DNA of 64,000 nt. Source: an uncultured Planctomycetaceae bacterium. Lineage in GTDB: Bacteria > Planctomycetota > Planctomycetia > Planctomycetales > Planctomycetaceae. The position numbers and the translations under genes were made by a program. The stretch covers positions 608,001 through 672,000 of the forward strand of contig CAWFAK010000009.1 of assembly GCA_963813715.1 (NCBI GenBank). Direction: 5' to 3'. Under the pieces are notes generated by a model, which did not search any database, had not been told where the DNA came from, and saw nothing but the letters and a program-made list of their open reading frames with translations. Shown in pieces: positions 11,709 to 22,536 of the stretch (position 1 is its first letter; each line of letters starts with the position of its first letter).

Positions 11709-13958
11709 TCAGGGCGTCTCGGCCGGTGGATGTTTCGGTCCGCTCGGCTCGATGCCCCCCGGATAAGACTTGGAGTGCCGCTCGCCGCGGGCAAACCAAT
11801 CGTCGAGCCCGGCCACAAGCACCTCGAAGAGCGAGGCGTGGTCGTCGGTCCACAGCACGCGGGCCACCGTCTGGTTTTTCCGGCGGGCGTTGTAAATCCG
11901 CTTCGGCCGCAATGCGCGGGGTGAGGCTGAGACCAGCACCCAACTGGAGGACGAATCGCCGGACGTCGAAGACTTCGCATCGATCGTCACCGTCTCCAGT
12001 TGGTACGCGTCGGCGATCGCCAGCACGACCGGCTCGAGGGCAAAGTGCTTGTTGGAGATGTGAACGGCGATAATTCCGTCGGGGGCCATGTGGGGCAGAT
12101 AAATGGCAAACGCCTCGCGCGTGAGCAAGTGCACGGGAATCGCGTCGCCGGAAAACGCATCGAGCACCAACAGGTTGAAACCCTGCGGCGGCTCGCGGGT
12201 GAGGTTGAGCCGCGCGTCGCCCCGGATGACTTCGACTTCGCCCTGGCAATCGTCCAGGTAAGTGAAATACTTCCGCGCTAGTTCCTCCACCTTCGAGTTG
12301 ATCTCGTAGAACTGGAAGTGATCTCCCTTGCGAGCGTACGTGGCCAGCGTGCCGGTCCCCAAGCCGACGAGCCCCACGTGTCGCGGCCCATCCGTGGGGA
12401 GGGACAGCGCACGTCCCACGCCCGACGAGACCCCATAGTACGAGGTGGCAATCCGCTTCAGCTTGGGGTTCAAGAATTGAAACCCGTGCTGGATACGGCC
12501 ATTCAGGAGATCGTGCGTTGGCTCGAGTCGCGTCTCCTCGTCGTCCGTGCCGTATTGCTCATCGTCGTTGAGGACCCGGAGCACGCCGTAAAAATTGCGA
12601 GAGATACTCAGGATGTTCTCCCGGTGTCGCGTCGCATTCTGCACCAGGACGATGCCCAGCGCCGACACGCTGGCAATGAGCAGCACCCAGACGACGGGCC
12701 GCAACGGCTTAGGCAGGGTCATTTGGCGCCGGTCGAGCCCCAGCACAATCAGGATCAAGAGAGCGCAGGCATAGAGGCCAATGTGCAACTCGTAGTAGCC
12801 GTGAAACGTGTAGGGGGCGATGATGCCGACGAAAATTCCTCCCGCCGCGCCGCCGGCCGAAATCACCAAGTAGAACGCGGTCAGATACCGCACGTGAGGC
12901 TTGCGCCGCACGAGCTCGCCGTGGCAGACCATCGCGCAGAGAAACAATCCTGTGAAATACGCCACCAGTTGGAGTCCGAACGACGCGCTCGCCTCTTGAT
13001 CGAGGGCGTAACAGACGCAGGCCATCGCGACCAGCGCGCCAGGAATGAAGTAACGGCGCGAGTACCAACGGTCGCTGTCAAAGCAGAGGATAAACGACAT
13101 GAGGTACAAGGTCAGCGGCAGGACCCAGAGGAACGGGACAGTCGCCACGTCGAGGCAAACCTGGTTGGTCGTCGCCAACAGCAGGACGGAGGGGACCATC
13201 GCTAGCGCGAACCACAACAACCAGGTTCCCCAACCGGGCCGAGCCTCGGCCGTCGCCGCTGCGTCCGGGACAACCTCGGGCAGATCGCGACCGCGGACGG
13301 CCGCGGCCCACGCACAGAATCCGCACAGCACGGCAAAGACGATGAAACTGATCGACCACATCCACGCCAGAAACCGACCCGGCAACAGCCATTCGAACAG
13401 CGTGGGAAATGTGATCAGAGCCAACAACGATCCCACGTTGGAGAGCGCATAAAGGCGATAGGGCGAGTGGCTCTGATGCGTGCGGCTGAACCACCCCTGC
13501 AAGAGCGGTCCGGTCGACGAGAGGATAAAGAAGGGAGCACCGACCGTCGCCCCCAGCACCAACACGATCCGCGAGATCGGCTCCTCGCCGCCGGTTGGCT
13601 TGAAGGTGTCCCCCGGGATGATCGGCAAGGCCAGGCAGGCGGCCGCCAAGAGCACCACGTGAATAATGGCCTGCCAGCGAGGCTGCAAACGGCTCGTCGT
13701 CAGATGCGCGTACGCGTAACCGCCGAATAGCAGCAACTGAAAAAATAGCATGCAGGTCGTCCACACGCTGGGCATGCCGCCGAACCACGGCAGAATGAAT
13801 TTGCCGATCAGCGGCTGAACCTGAAACAGCAGGAACGCGCTCAAGAAGATCGTGAGCGAGTAGATCACCGTCAGGCTGCGCGTGCCGTCCGCGGCGGCCG
13901 GAATGGACTGCGCGGGATCGGCCTGTAACGATTCGTCGAAGGACGGCACGGAGGTCAT
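11709..13958 (-). CDS. Fused membrane (MFS-like)/spermidine synthase-like methyltransferase
   Basis: FLSAFLLFQVQPLIGK, PYRLYALSNVGS and many TM helices, then VGLGTGTLA, YEIN, GDARL, LVLDAFSGDAIPVHLLT. Confidence 0.88.
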   Translation of the reverse strand: MTSVPSFDESLQADPAQSIPAAADGTRSLTVIYSLTIFLSAFLLFQVQPLIGKFILPWFGGMPSVWTTCMLFFQLLLFGGYAYAHLTTSRLQPRWQAIIHVVLLAAACLALPIIPGDTFKPTGGEEPISRIVLVLGATVGAPFFILSSTGPLLQGWFSRTHQSHSPYRLYALSNVGSLLALITFPTLFEWLLPGRFLAWMWSISFIVFAVLCGFCAWAAAVRGRDLPEVVPDAAATAEARPGWGTWLLWFALAMVPSVLLLATTNQVCLDVATVPFLWVLPLTLYLMSFILCFDSDRWYSRRYFIPGALVAMACVCYALDQEASASFGLQLVAYFTGLFLCAMVCHGELVRRKPHVRYLTAFYLVISAGGAAGGIFVGIIAPYTFHGYYELHIGLYACALLILIVLGLDRRQMTLPKPLRPVVWVLLIASVSALGIVLVQNATRHRENILSISRNFYGVLRVLNDDEQYGTDDEETRLEPTHDLLNGRIQHGFQFLNPKLKRIATSYYGVSSGVGRALSLPTDGPRHVGLVGLGTGTLATYARKGDHFQFYEINSKVEELARKYFTYLDDCQGEVEVIRGDARLNLTREPPQGFNLLVLDAFSGDAIPVHLLTREAFAIYLPHMAPDGIIAVHISNKHFALEPVVLAIADAYQLETVTIDAKSSTSGDSSSSWVLVSASPRALRPKRIYNARRKNQTVARVLWTDDHASLFEVLVAGLDDWFARGERHSKSYPGGIEPSGPKHPPAETP

Positions 13959-14124
13959 GGGAGATCAATCGCAGAAGTGCGGATCGGGCGTTTCAACTTG
14001 AGACGGACGCAGTTCCTACCGCGTCAAACGCCCTCGGCCAAGCATAGCAGCGGTCGAAGCGCGAGGCGACCGACGCTTGTCAAACACGTTCCGTCGGCGA
14101 CATCAACGTGAAAGGCCGCGCGAT

Positions 14125-15319
14125 TCAGCCACACTCGGCGGCAAAGTGATAAAAGATCTCCGCGGCCTGCTCGAGCTGGCGGATTTCGATCCACTCGTCT
14201 TTTGTGTGCGCCTGGTCAATCGAGCCGGGACCGAAGACGACCGACGGAACGCCCGCCGCGGCCGTGCGCGACGCGTGCGTGCCGAACTGCACGCCGATCT
14301 TGTCCCCTCGACCGGTCACAGCTTGCACGGAGGCGAGCAGCCGATCGGCCCAGGGAAGATTGACGTCATCGGGGAGGGCCGGACCGCGAATCCACGGGGG
14401 CAGCATTTCGAACTCGAAGTCGAGCCGCTCGCGGAGGTATTGGCCGACCTGCTCCATCACGGTCGTCGCATCTTCCCGGGGAATCACGCGGCGATCGATC
14501 TCGATCGTGCATTCGTCCGGGACCGTGTTGACGCTGATCCCCCCCTCGATGCGCCCGACGCTCAGCGACGGCGAACCGCACAACGCATGCGGTGGGGTGC
14601 GCTGGGGAAGCTCGGCGGCGAACTGCTCGAGGCAGGCGACGACGCGGGCCATCCGATAGATCGCGTTGATGCCGTTGGCCGGCTCCGAGCTGTGGCAGGC
14701 GCGGCCCTGAGTGCGGATCTTCCAACGCGTGGCTCCCTTGTGCGCGACGACGACGTCGAGCTCGGTCGGCTCGATGATCAGAGCCAGGTCGGGCGGGCGA
14801 TTGAGCAGCGACGCGGGCCGCCCGCGATCGTTCCATTGCTTGATCAGGTCGCGGATCCCCGTCGCGCCCGACTCCTCGTCGCACGTGCAAGAAATGACGA
14901 CATTCGCGGCTCGCGGGGGCCGGCTCTCGACCAGGCGTGCGAACGCGCTGAGCATGGCCGCCATCCCCCCTTTGTCGTCGCACGCTCCGCGGCCGTAAAT
15001 CCGCCTGTCGCGTTCGACGGGGGTGAAGGGCTCGATGGTCATGCCGTCGATCGGCACGGTGTCTCTGATGGGCGTCGATCAACAGCGTGGTCTGGCTGCG
15101 GGGGTTGTCGAAGCGGGCGATCACGTTGGACCGCCGCTCGCTCGAGCCGGGCACGTTGGCCACGTCGGTCCGCTGCGCCGGCACGCCAAGCCGCTCGAAG
15201 AAATCGAGCAGATACTCCGTCATCCGCCGTTCGAAGAATTCGGGCCCGGAGATCGCGCGGCCCATCGGATTGACGCTGGGCAGCGCGATCAAATCTTTCA
15301 GCAGGCGAATCGGGTCCAT
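14125..15319 (-). CDS. M20 family metallopeptidase (ArgE/DapE-like), frameshift near 15065
   Basis: LIALPSVNP, IDAHQ(DTV), YGRGACDDKGG, CDEE, IEPT, GRACHSS, FGPGSIDQAHTKDEW. Confidence 0.88.
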
Positions 15320-15462
15320 GGGCTCGACGATTTCGCTCACCACGCAGACTGCGCCGTTGTCCGGACTCTCAAGACGCTCACCACCGACTCGACCGGCTGT
15401 CCGGCTTCGAGGGCTCACGTTATTCTATCCGCTTACCTTTTGTAAGCCGGCGCGAAGGCCGC

Positions 15463-17362
15463 ATGGATATTCTGCTTCCCGTTCTCGTCTTTGGGACAGT
15501 CTTGTCGCCGTTGATCGCCGCGGCTGCGATCGCTGGCACCAGCCTATTTCGTCCGGCGCGAAATGGGCGGGCGGAATTGCTGGCCCAGCTAGGCGCCGCT
15601 GCTTCCGCATGCTTCGCACTCGGTCTCCTCGTTGTCCGCTTCGGACACGACGGCGCGAACGAATCGCCGCTGAGCTTGGGGAGCTGGTTCGTCAACGGGC
15701 CGAACGATCTGCTGCGAATAAGTTTTGGCCTGAGATTCGGCGCGCTGACGGCCCTGCTGACCGTCGCGCTGGCGATCGCCGCCGGTGTTGTCTTCACTGC
15801 CAGCCGAACGCGCGATGCCGAATCGCCGGCCGCACGGTGGCTGCCGCTGGGCGGCTCGCTGCTGTTGTTCGCGTCGATCGGCGTCGCCGGGTCGACCAAC
15901 CTGGCCGAGCTGTTCGTCTTTTGGGAAATCGGCACGGCCGTGGCCTACGTCTTGTCGTCGCTGGCGGCCGAGAACGCGCAGCAGACCGTCGCCGCGCAAG
16001 CTCGTGCTGGTGCTCAGCGTGGCTGACGCGTTCCTGCTCTGCGCCGTCGTGATTCTGGCGGCCGGCATGGGAACGCTCGACTTTCGCAATCTCTTCGGCC
16101 AACCCGAACGTTGGGCGCACGCGGCGGAGCAGCGGGCGGCGCTCGTCGACCTGGTCGGCTTGTGCCTGCTGGGAGCGACTGTGGGACGCTGCGGCTTGGT
16201 CCCCTTTCTCGGCTGGATCGGCGATTTGTCGAGCCGTCCCGCGCGTTTGGCCGCACTGATTGAGGCAATCGCCCTTTTGCCGTGCGGGGCCGTGCTGTGG
16301 GTGCGGTGCTTTCCCTTGCTGAACCTGGCCGGCGCCATCCTGCCGCTGGCCGCCTTCGTGGGCGGAAGCAGCGCGTTTTGCCTGGGTGTTTGCGCGATCG
16401 CCGATGCGAATCCCCGCCGCGCGGCGACTTATTCCTGCGCGACCGTGTTGGCCATTGCCCTCCTGGGATTCTCGACGGGCGATGCGGCGGCGCCCGCGAT
16501 CATGATTGGCCTGATGGCCGTCTTCGTGCCGAGCGCGACGGCAATCCTGATCGCCAGCTCGGCCGGCGTGCACACGGGCGCCCGCCGCTGGCTGCTGATG
16601 GCGATGGTCCTCTTATTATTCTCCGGAATCTGCGGGCAGGGCTGGATTCTCGGTCACTCGATCGAGTCGCTGTTGTTCGGTGCGGGGGGTGGGACGCCGA
16701 CTTTGCTCCTGGCAGTCCTCCTGGCGGGATGCGGGCATTATCTGGCGGCCGTCGCGATGATGGGCTCGTTGACCGCGTCGCGATTGTACGGCGAATTGGA
16801 CAGCAGCAATCCGTTCGGCGGCAATCCGTTCGAGCCTTTCCCGACAGTAGGCGTCGTCGAAACGCCGCGCGATGCCGAAACGCCCTCCGGGCGACTGCTG
16901 CTCTTGGTCGCCGCGGCGATCGGCGCCGCACTCGTGGCCGTGCCGTTGATCCTGGGCGTCTTGCCCCCGCTGTCCCCACATGCGTTTGCGTATGCCGCGA
17001 TCGGCTTGATTCCCGGCGTGGGGGGACTAGCCGCCGGCATTCAAGCGGCCCGCGGCGGATGGAAAGTCTTCCCCAGCGAGGCGGTCAACGGGCTGTTGAT
17101 GCGGCTGGGGCGAGGCAATTTTTATTTCGATGCGTTTTTGTTCCTGTTCGTGCTCGTGCCGCTCCGTGGCGTGGCCGCGGTGGCCCGCTTTGTGGACTGG
17201 GCGATCATCGACACGCTGGCGAGCGGCGGGCCGGCGAGCCTGTTCGAGTCGGCGGCCTCATTTTTCGGGCCGCTGCAGTATCGGGGCGTCTCCTTCTACC
17301 TCTTTTCCGCGCTGCTCGGCACGGTCGTGTTGTCCGTGTTGCTGATCTGGCTCCAGAGTTGA
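15463..17362 (+). CDS. Divergent NuoL/MrpA-like antiporter-type membrane subunit, frameshift near 16000
   Basis: NLAELFVFWEIG, VADAFLL..GTLDF, GRCGLVPFLGW, and NuoL-type C-terminal FYFDAF...FVDWAIID. Confidence 0.75.
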
Positions 17363-17387
17363 GGCTTGTTGTGAGCGGCCGACCGCT

Positions 17388-19052
17388 GTGAGCGATCTCT
17401 CTTTTGTCGTCGTGGCGATTCCGGCGATCGGCGCGGTCGTCCTCGTGATTGCCGCACTCCGCTCGGGATCTGCGCACGACCGATTCGCGACCGCGACGAC
17501 GAGTCCGGTCACAAATCTGGGCAGCGAGGTCGATCTCGCGCTGTGCCGCCGCATTGCCGTCATTTTTGCCACCTGTGCGCTCGCGGCGGTGATCGGCCTG
17601 TCGCTCTGCGGCCGGTGGCTGCAGGTCAAAACTGCGGTGGGTGGAAACGACTGCAGCGCGGCCTTTGCGCTGTTGACCGCAGCGTCCTGGCTGCCCGTGG
17701 TGTTTGTCGCCCGCCGCTCCGACGGGCGGCGTCCCCAGCTGCTCTACGGCTTGCTGCTGCTCCTGGAGGCGTCCTACCTCGCGATCTTCTCCTGCAACAA
17801 CGCGGTCTGGCTCTGCGCGGCGCTGCAGGTCAATTCGGTGCTGCTCTATCTACTCACCAGCGGCTGGAGCGAGCACGCCAACGAGGGGCTCGCCAAGAAG
17901 ATGCTGCTGATGAACTTGGCAGCCGATCTGGCCATCCTGATCGGGCTGACGGGCGTAGTGATCGCAGCGGCTCGGACGTCGGGGACCGAAAGCGGGGTGA
18001 TTCCACAGCTCAACTATTCACTCAGCGACCTCGTGCGCGAGTTTCCACGTCTCACGACCGACGATGTGTCGGCGCAGGAATACTGGAAGCACGCGCAGTG
18101 CTCGCTCTTGGCCATCCTCGTGCTGGCGGCGCTGGTCAAGGCACCGCTGGTCCCCTTCCACGCCTGGTTTGCATCGGTCGTGGCCGAAGGCCCTCCCTGC
18201 GTGTCGATCGCCCTCGTCGGGCCCGGACTGCGCGTGGGGCTCTATCTCTTGGCGCGGTTCGTCGGGCCCTTGTGCGGTGAATTGGGCGGGACGGCCGACC
18301 TGATCGTCGGATTGACGATCCTCGGAGCCCTGCATCAAAGCCTGCTGACCTATGGGCAGACGAACTTCAAGAAAATGCTTGCCTGTGTCTGCCTACTGCA
18401 GGGTTCGTTGGCCGTCGCGGGGTTCTTCTCCCTGCCACCACAAAACGCCAGCGGTCCCCTGATGCTGGGGCTCGCCAGTGGTGTGGCCGGCGTGCTCGTC
18501 CTGTTTGCGCTCAACTTCCTGGAGTGGCGCCTGGGCGTGGCCGATTTGAGCGCGGTCGGCGGGATCGTGCATCGGCTGCCCAACCTGGCGGCCATGTTAT
18601 TAATGGCCACGTTTTCCTTGGTCGGCATCCCCGGACTCTTCGGTTTTCCCGGACTCTTCGCGACGCTGGGAGCCGTGTTTCGGGGCGAGTGGGCGTTCGC
18701 CTTCCTGGCCATCGGCGCCTGCCTGATCGCGGCCTGGGCCCTCTTCTCGATGTTGCAGCATCTGGTCTTCGGCAGCGTGCGACTGCCGCTGCCGGGCAAG
18801 GGGGACGTGCTGCTCGATCGACAACCGCCTCCAGCCGGTGCAGACACTCCGGCAGTGCCTGGCTGGACGGCCGACTCGGCGCCACGAGAATGGTCGATGG
18901 TGAACGAAGGCCGAAGCGGCTCGATCGATCTCAGCGCGCCGGAATTGTTGATCGTCGGAGCCCTCTTGGCGGGATTGGTCGGGCTGGGAGTCTGGCCGCA
19001 GACGATCTCGGCCGCGCTCTACTTTGCCCTGATTGGCTGGTCGCCACCGTAG
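17388..19052 (+). CDS. Divergent NuoM-like membrane subunit
   Basis: LVKAPLVPFHAWF, QTNFKKMLA, GGIVHRLP, SLVGIPGLFGFPG, GVWPQ. Confidence 0.8.
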   Translation: MSDLSFVVVAIPAIGAVVLVIAALRSGSAHDRFATATTSPVTNLGSEVDLALCRRIAVIFATCALAAVIGLSLCGRWLQVKTAVGGNDCSAAFALLTAASWLPVVFVARRSDGRRPQLLYGLLLLLEASYLAIFSCNNAVWLCAALQVNSVLLYLLTSGWSEHANEGLAKKMLLMNLAADLAILIGLTGVVIAAARTSGTESGVIPQLNYSLSDLVREFPRLTTDDVSAQEYWKHAQCSLLAILVLAALVKAPLVPFHAWFASVVAEGPPCVSIALVGPGLRVGLYLLARFVGPLCGELGGTADLIVGLTILGALHQSLLTYGQTNFKKMLACVCLLQGSLAVAGFFSLPPQNASGPLMLGLASGVAGVLVLFALNFLEWRLGVADLSAVGGIVHRLPNLAAMLLMATFSLVGIPGLFGFPGLFATLGAVFRGEWAFAFLAIGACLIAAWALFSMLQHLVFGSVRLPLPGKGDVLLDRQPPPAGADTPAVPGWTADSAPREWSMVNEGRSGSIDLSAPELLIVGALLAGLVGLGVWPQTISAALYFALIGWSPP

Positions 19053-19144
19053 CTTGCCCCTATTGATTCGACTGAATGACTGAATTTGAGTCGACGAACT
19101 GCGATGGACTGTTGAGTACTGCCTGCTGAGTTCGGACTTTACCC

Positions 19145-20800
19145 GTGTTGACCCTGATCACGATCCTGCCCGCGCTCATTCTCGCCGCCGTCGGCGCGGT
19201 CGTGCTGCTGTCGGGCCGGCCGGCTCTCGATCGGACGAGCGGGCAGCGTTTTGTGCTGGCTGGCCCTTCTCGCCGCCGCGGCCACTCTGGCGCTGGCACG
19301 TCCCGCCGTCCCGTCCGATCCGTTCGTGCGGTCCGCGGTGTCCGCCGTCTCGTTTGATGCCCTTTCGCGCGGCACGGCCTGGATGGCGCTCTTGTTGGGG
19401 GCCATGACCACGTTCCTGGCCGCCATTGGCTCGAGCGACAAGCGCGCGGCTCGACAGGCAGTCGTGTTACTCTCACTGGCGGGCCTACTGCTGACGTGCG
19501 TCGCCAACGATTTCGTCTTGCTGATTGTCGGCGTTCCCGGTTCGGTGCTCGCAATTTGCATCGCCCAATTGCGGGATGCCGAAACCGACGACGAATGGGC
19601 TGCAGCCGTGCTGGGGCTCGCCCTGAATCTGCTGGGTGCGCTCTGCCTCGTGGCCGTGGCGCTGCTCGTGGGCGCCTTGGCGGGAACGACGAACTTCGGC
19701 GAGCTGCACGCCCTGCCGCTTCACGGGGTCGATGCGACGGGACACATTGTCACCCGTGGCCCGCGCAGCTTGCCGCTCGCCGGAGAGATCGGTTTCGTGC
19801 TGCTGCTCGCCGGACTCGGGATACCGTTCCTGGCGGCTCCTTTTCAGCTGGGAGCAGCGGAGATTTTCGAGGGGATGTCGCCGGCGAGACTGGGGGCACT
19901 CGCCGTGCTGCCGCGCTGCGCGGTGCTGGTGGGGATGATCCGGATCTTCGTCGAAGGGATGACGCGGTACCTGTCGACCGCGAAACGGCGCTGACGGCGG
20001 CCGCACTCGTCACGCTGTTGATTGCCGCACCGCTGGCGTACTGGCAGTCATCGCTGCGGCGGCTGCTGGCGCTGGTGATCATGGTGCAAACGGGGTTGAT
20101 CCTGTTCGCGCTGGCGGCAGCGTGCTCGGAAGCGACCCGGCCGCAAGCCGTGCGGTGGCTCGACCTGCAGATGCCCGGCGGCGCGGGGGCGGCCTGGCTC
20201 CTGTTTGCCTGCGATTCATTCGCGATGTTGGGGCTGACCGCCGTCCTGGGTTCGCTCGAAACATCGACCGGACGGTCCGACGAACTGGACGACTTCGTCC
20301 GCCGCCTGCGCCACGAGCCATGGATTGCCGGGGCGACCGTGCTCTTGCTGATGAGCCTGGCCGGCGTTCCCCCTCTGCCCGGTTTCTGGACGCGCGTGGC
20401 CATGCTGCGTTCGATCTTGTCGGTCAGCTTTCCCGCGGAGAACGACTTCCTGCCGCACCAGAATACGGGATACGTGCTGTTCTCGTTCGTGGCCGTCGCC
20501 GCGTGGCTCGCCGTGGCGGCCAAATGCTTAAGCGTCGCCCAGGCCCTGCTCTTTTCGACGGACCCGGTCGCGAGCGACGCCATCGAGCCACGACTATTGT
20601 CCGTCGGGAAGAGCCGCGCGGGCCTGCGAATCGGGGCCGCGATCGCCGCCCTCCTGGTCGTCGTCGGTTTCGTCCCCAGCCTGGGCTTACACCTGGCGGC
20701 CCGCGTGACACTGCCGAAAGCGGGCGCCGTGGTCGCCGCCGAGAAGCAGGTCCAACCGGTCAAGCAACGACACCGCTTCAAAAGCGGTGATTCCGAATAA
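19145..20800 (+). CDS. Divergent NuoN-like membrane subunit, frameshifts near 19255 and 19980
   Basis: AGTTNF, AAPFQ..EIFEG, QSSLRRLLA, LMSLAGVPPLPGFW. Confidence 0.75.
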
Positions 20801-20847
20801 CCGACGGCGCGTTTGGTAGCCCTGCCGCCACACGACATAATGAGAGT

Positions 20848-22244
20848 ATGAGTCGTCGAGCACGCAAGCGGCTGCGTCCGGACCATTTGATCGGCCGGGC
20901 GACGACCCCCGTCTACATGGTGACGCCCGATCGGCGGATTCCATTTTTCAATGCGGGCTGCCAGGCGCTCACCGGCTGGTCGGCCGACGAAATACTCGGC
21001 CTGTTGTGCGAGTTCATCACCGAGCCGGCCGACAACAGCCCGGAATCCCTCGCCGCCTCGCTTTGTCCGCCGGCCGCCGCGTTTGCGGGCAAGGTCTCGA
21101 GCCTGCCGGCCCAAATCGTCCGCAAGGACCAAGATCGCGAACCGCGGACGCTGAATTTCATTCCCCTGCTCGACGAAGTGGGCACTCTCGTCAGCATCTT
21201 GTCGGTGATCGGCAGCGGCGACGCGGCCGAGCGGATCGCCACCGTCGATCCCGCGCAGGAACTTCACGGCGAACTAGCCTCGCTGCGGCTGTTCTTGTGC
21301 GCCGCTTCGGCACGAAGTCACTCATCTGCAAGAGCGACTCCATGCTCCGCGTCGCCGATCAGGCGGCCATCGCCCGCTCGACGGCCTCCCCCCTCTTGAT
21401 TTGGGGCGAGAGCGGCAGCGGCAAAGAGCACCTGGCTCGCGCGATCCATTACGAAAGCGCATCGCGGACGCGGACCTTCGTGCCACTGGACTGCAAGAGC
21501 CTCTCGCCCTTGGAGCTGGGCCAGACTCTCAAGCGGCTGCTTTATCCCAGCGAAGAAGACTCGTTTCCCTCGCCGCTGGCGCTGCAGCCGGGCACGCTCT
21601 ATTTGGCGCACGTGGAGGCTCTTCCCCGCGACGCGCAAACGATCGTGACTGACGCCTTCCGCCAAGAGAACGGCCGCGCCCGCGACTTGCGATTGATGGC
21701 GTCGAGCACGCTCAGCCCCGAAGTGCTCGGCGCGAGGATCAGCTGCGCCCCGACTTCTTTCACCTGCTGACGCCCCTGTGCATTGCCGTGCCCCCGTTGC
21801 GGGAACGGATGGGCGACTTACGTTTTCTTGCCCAATATTTGCTCGAGGAACTCAACCGGGGTGAAGCCCGGCAGTTCAACGGCTTCGGCGACGACGTCTG
21901 GGACAAATTCGCCGAATACAACTGGCCGGGCAACGTCGGCGAGCTGTTGGCCGTGATTCGCGACGCGCGCGCCCTGTGCAACGAACCGCTGATTCGCGTG
22001 AAGGATCTCCCGTTTCGTTTCCGCACGGGCCTGGACTGCGCAGTCAGTCGGCCCGCCGCGACGCCCGCCCGTCGCTCAGCTCGAACCGCTGCTGGCCCAA
22101 ACCGAGCGCGAGCAAATCGAGCGGGCCCTCGCGCAGTCTCGGCATAACAAGAGCCGAGCCGCCAAGCTGCTCGGGATGACTCGGCCGCGTCTCTATCGGC
22201 GGATGGAGATTCTGGGCATCCCCGACGAACCGGAATCGTCCTAA
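20848..22244 (+). CDS. PAS + NtrC-type AAA + Fis-HTH transcriptional regulator (atypical), several frameshifts
   Basis: PAS-like FFNAGCQALTGWSADEILG, Walker A GESGSGKEHLARAIH, PPLRER, YNWPGNVGEL, HTH HNKSRAAKLLGMTRPRLYRRM. Confidence 0.8.
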
Positions 22245-22536
22245 CTATCAGCCCTCACGTGAGTTGAGGACGCCGGTGCGCCGCGACAATCGCAATCGTC
22301 CCCGGTCATCGGACTGACCGGAGTGGCTTAAGTATTGCCAGCCAAGCCGCGTTGACCGAAATGCCAAATTTTCCCTATATTCCGCCCCCTCTTTGCTTCC
22401 GCCGCATTCCACGGAGGGGTGGCGGGTCCGCAGCGGAAGATGTTCGCGCTGGATCACAACCGTCGCTCGCTGTGCTCTTGTGCACAACTGCGTTTGTGCA
22501 CGACGCCCCGCCGACGGTTTCAGATGGGGAGAGAGC

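Noticed and set aside
15463..20800. Naming the genes nuoL/nuoM/nuoN as functional complex I or Mrp
   Set aside because: The other subunits are absent and key charged residues appear missing, so gene symbols were withheld.
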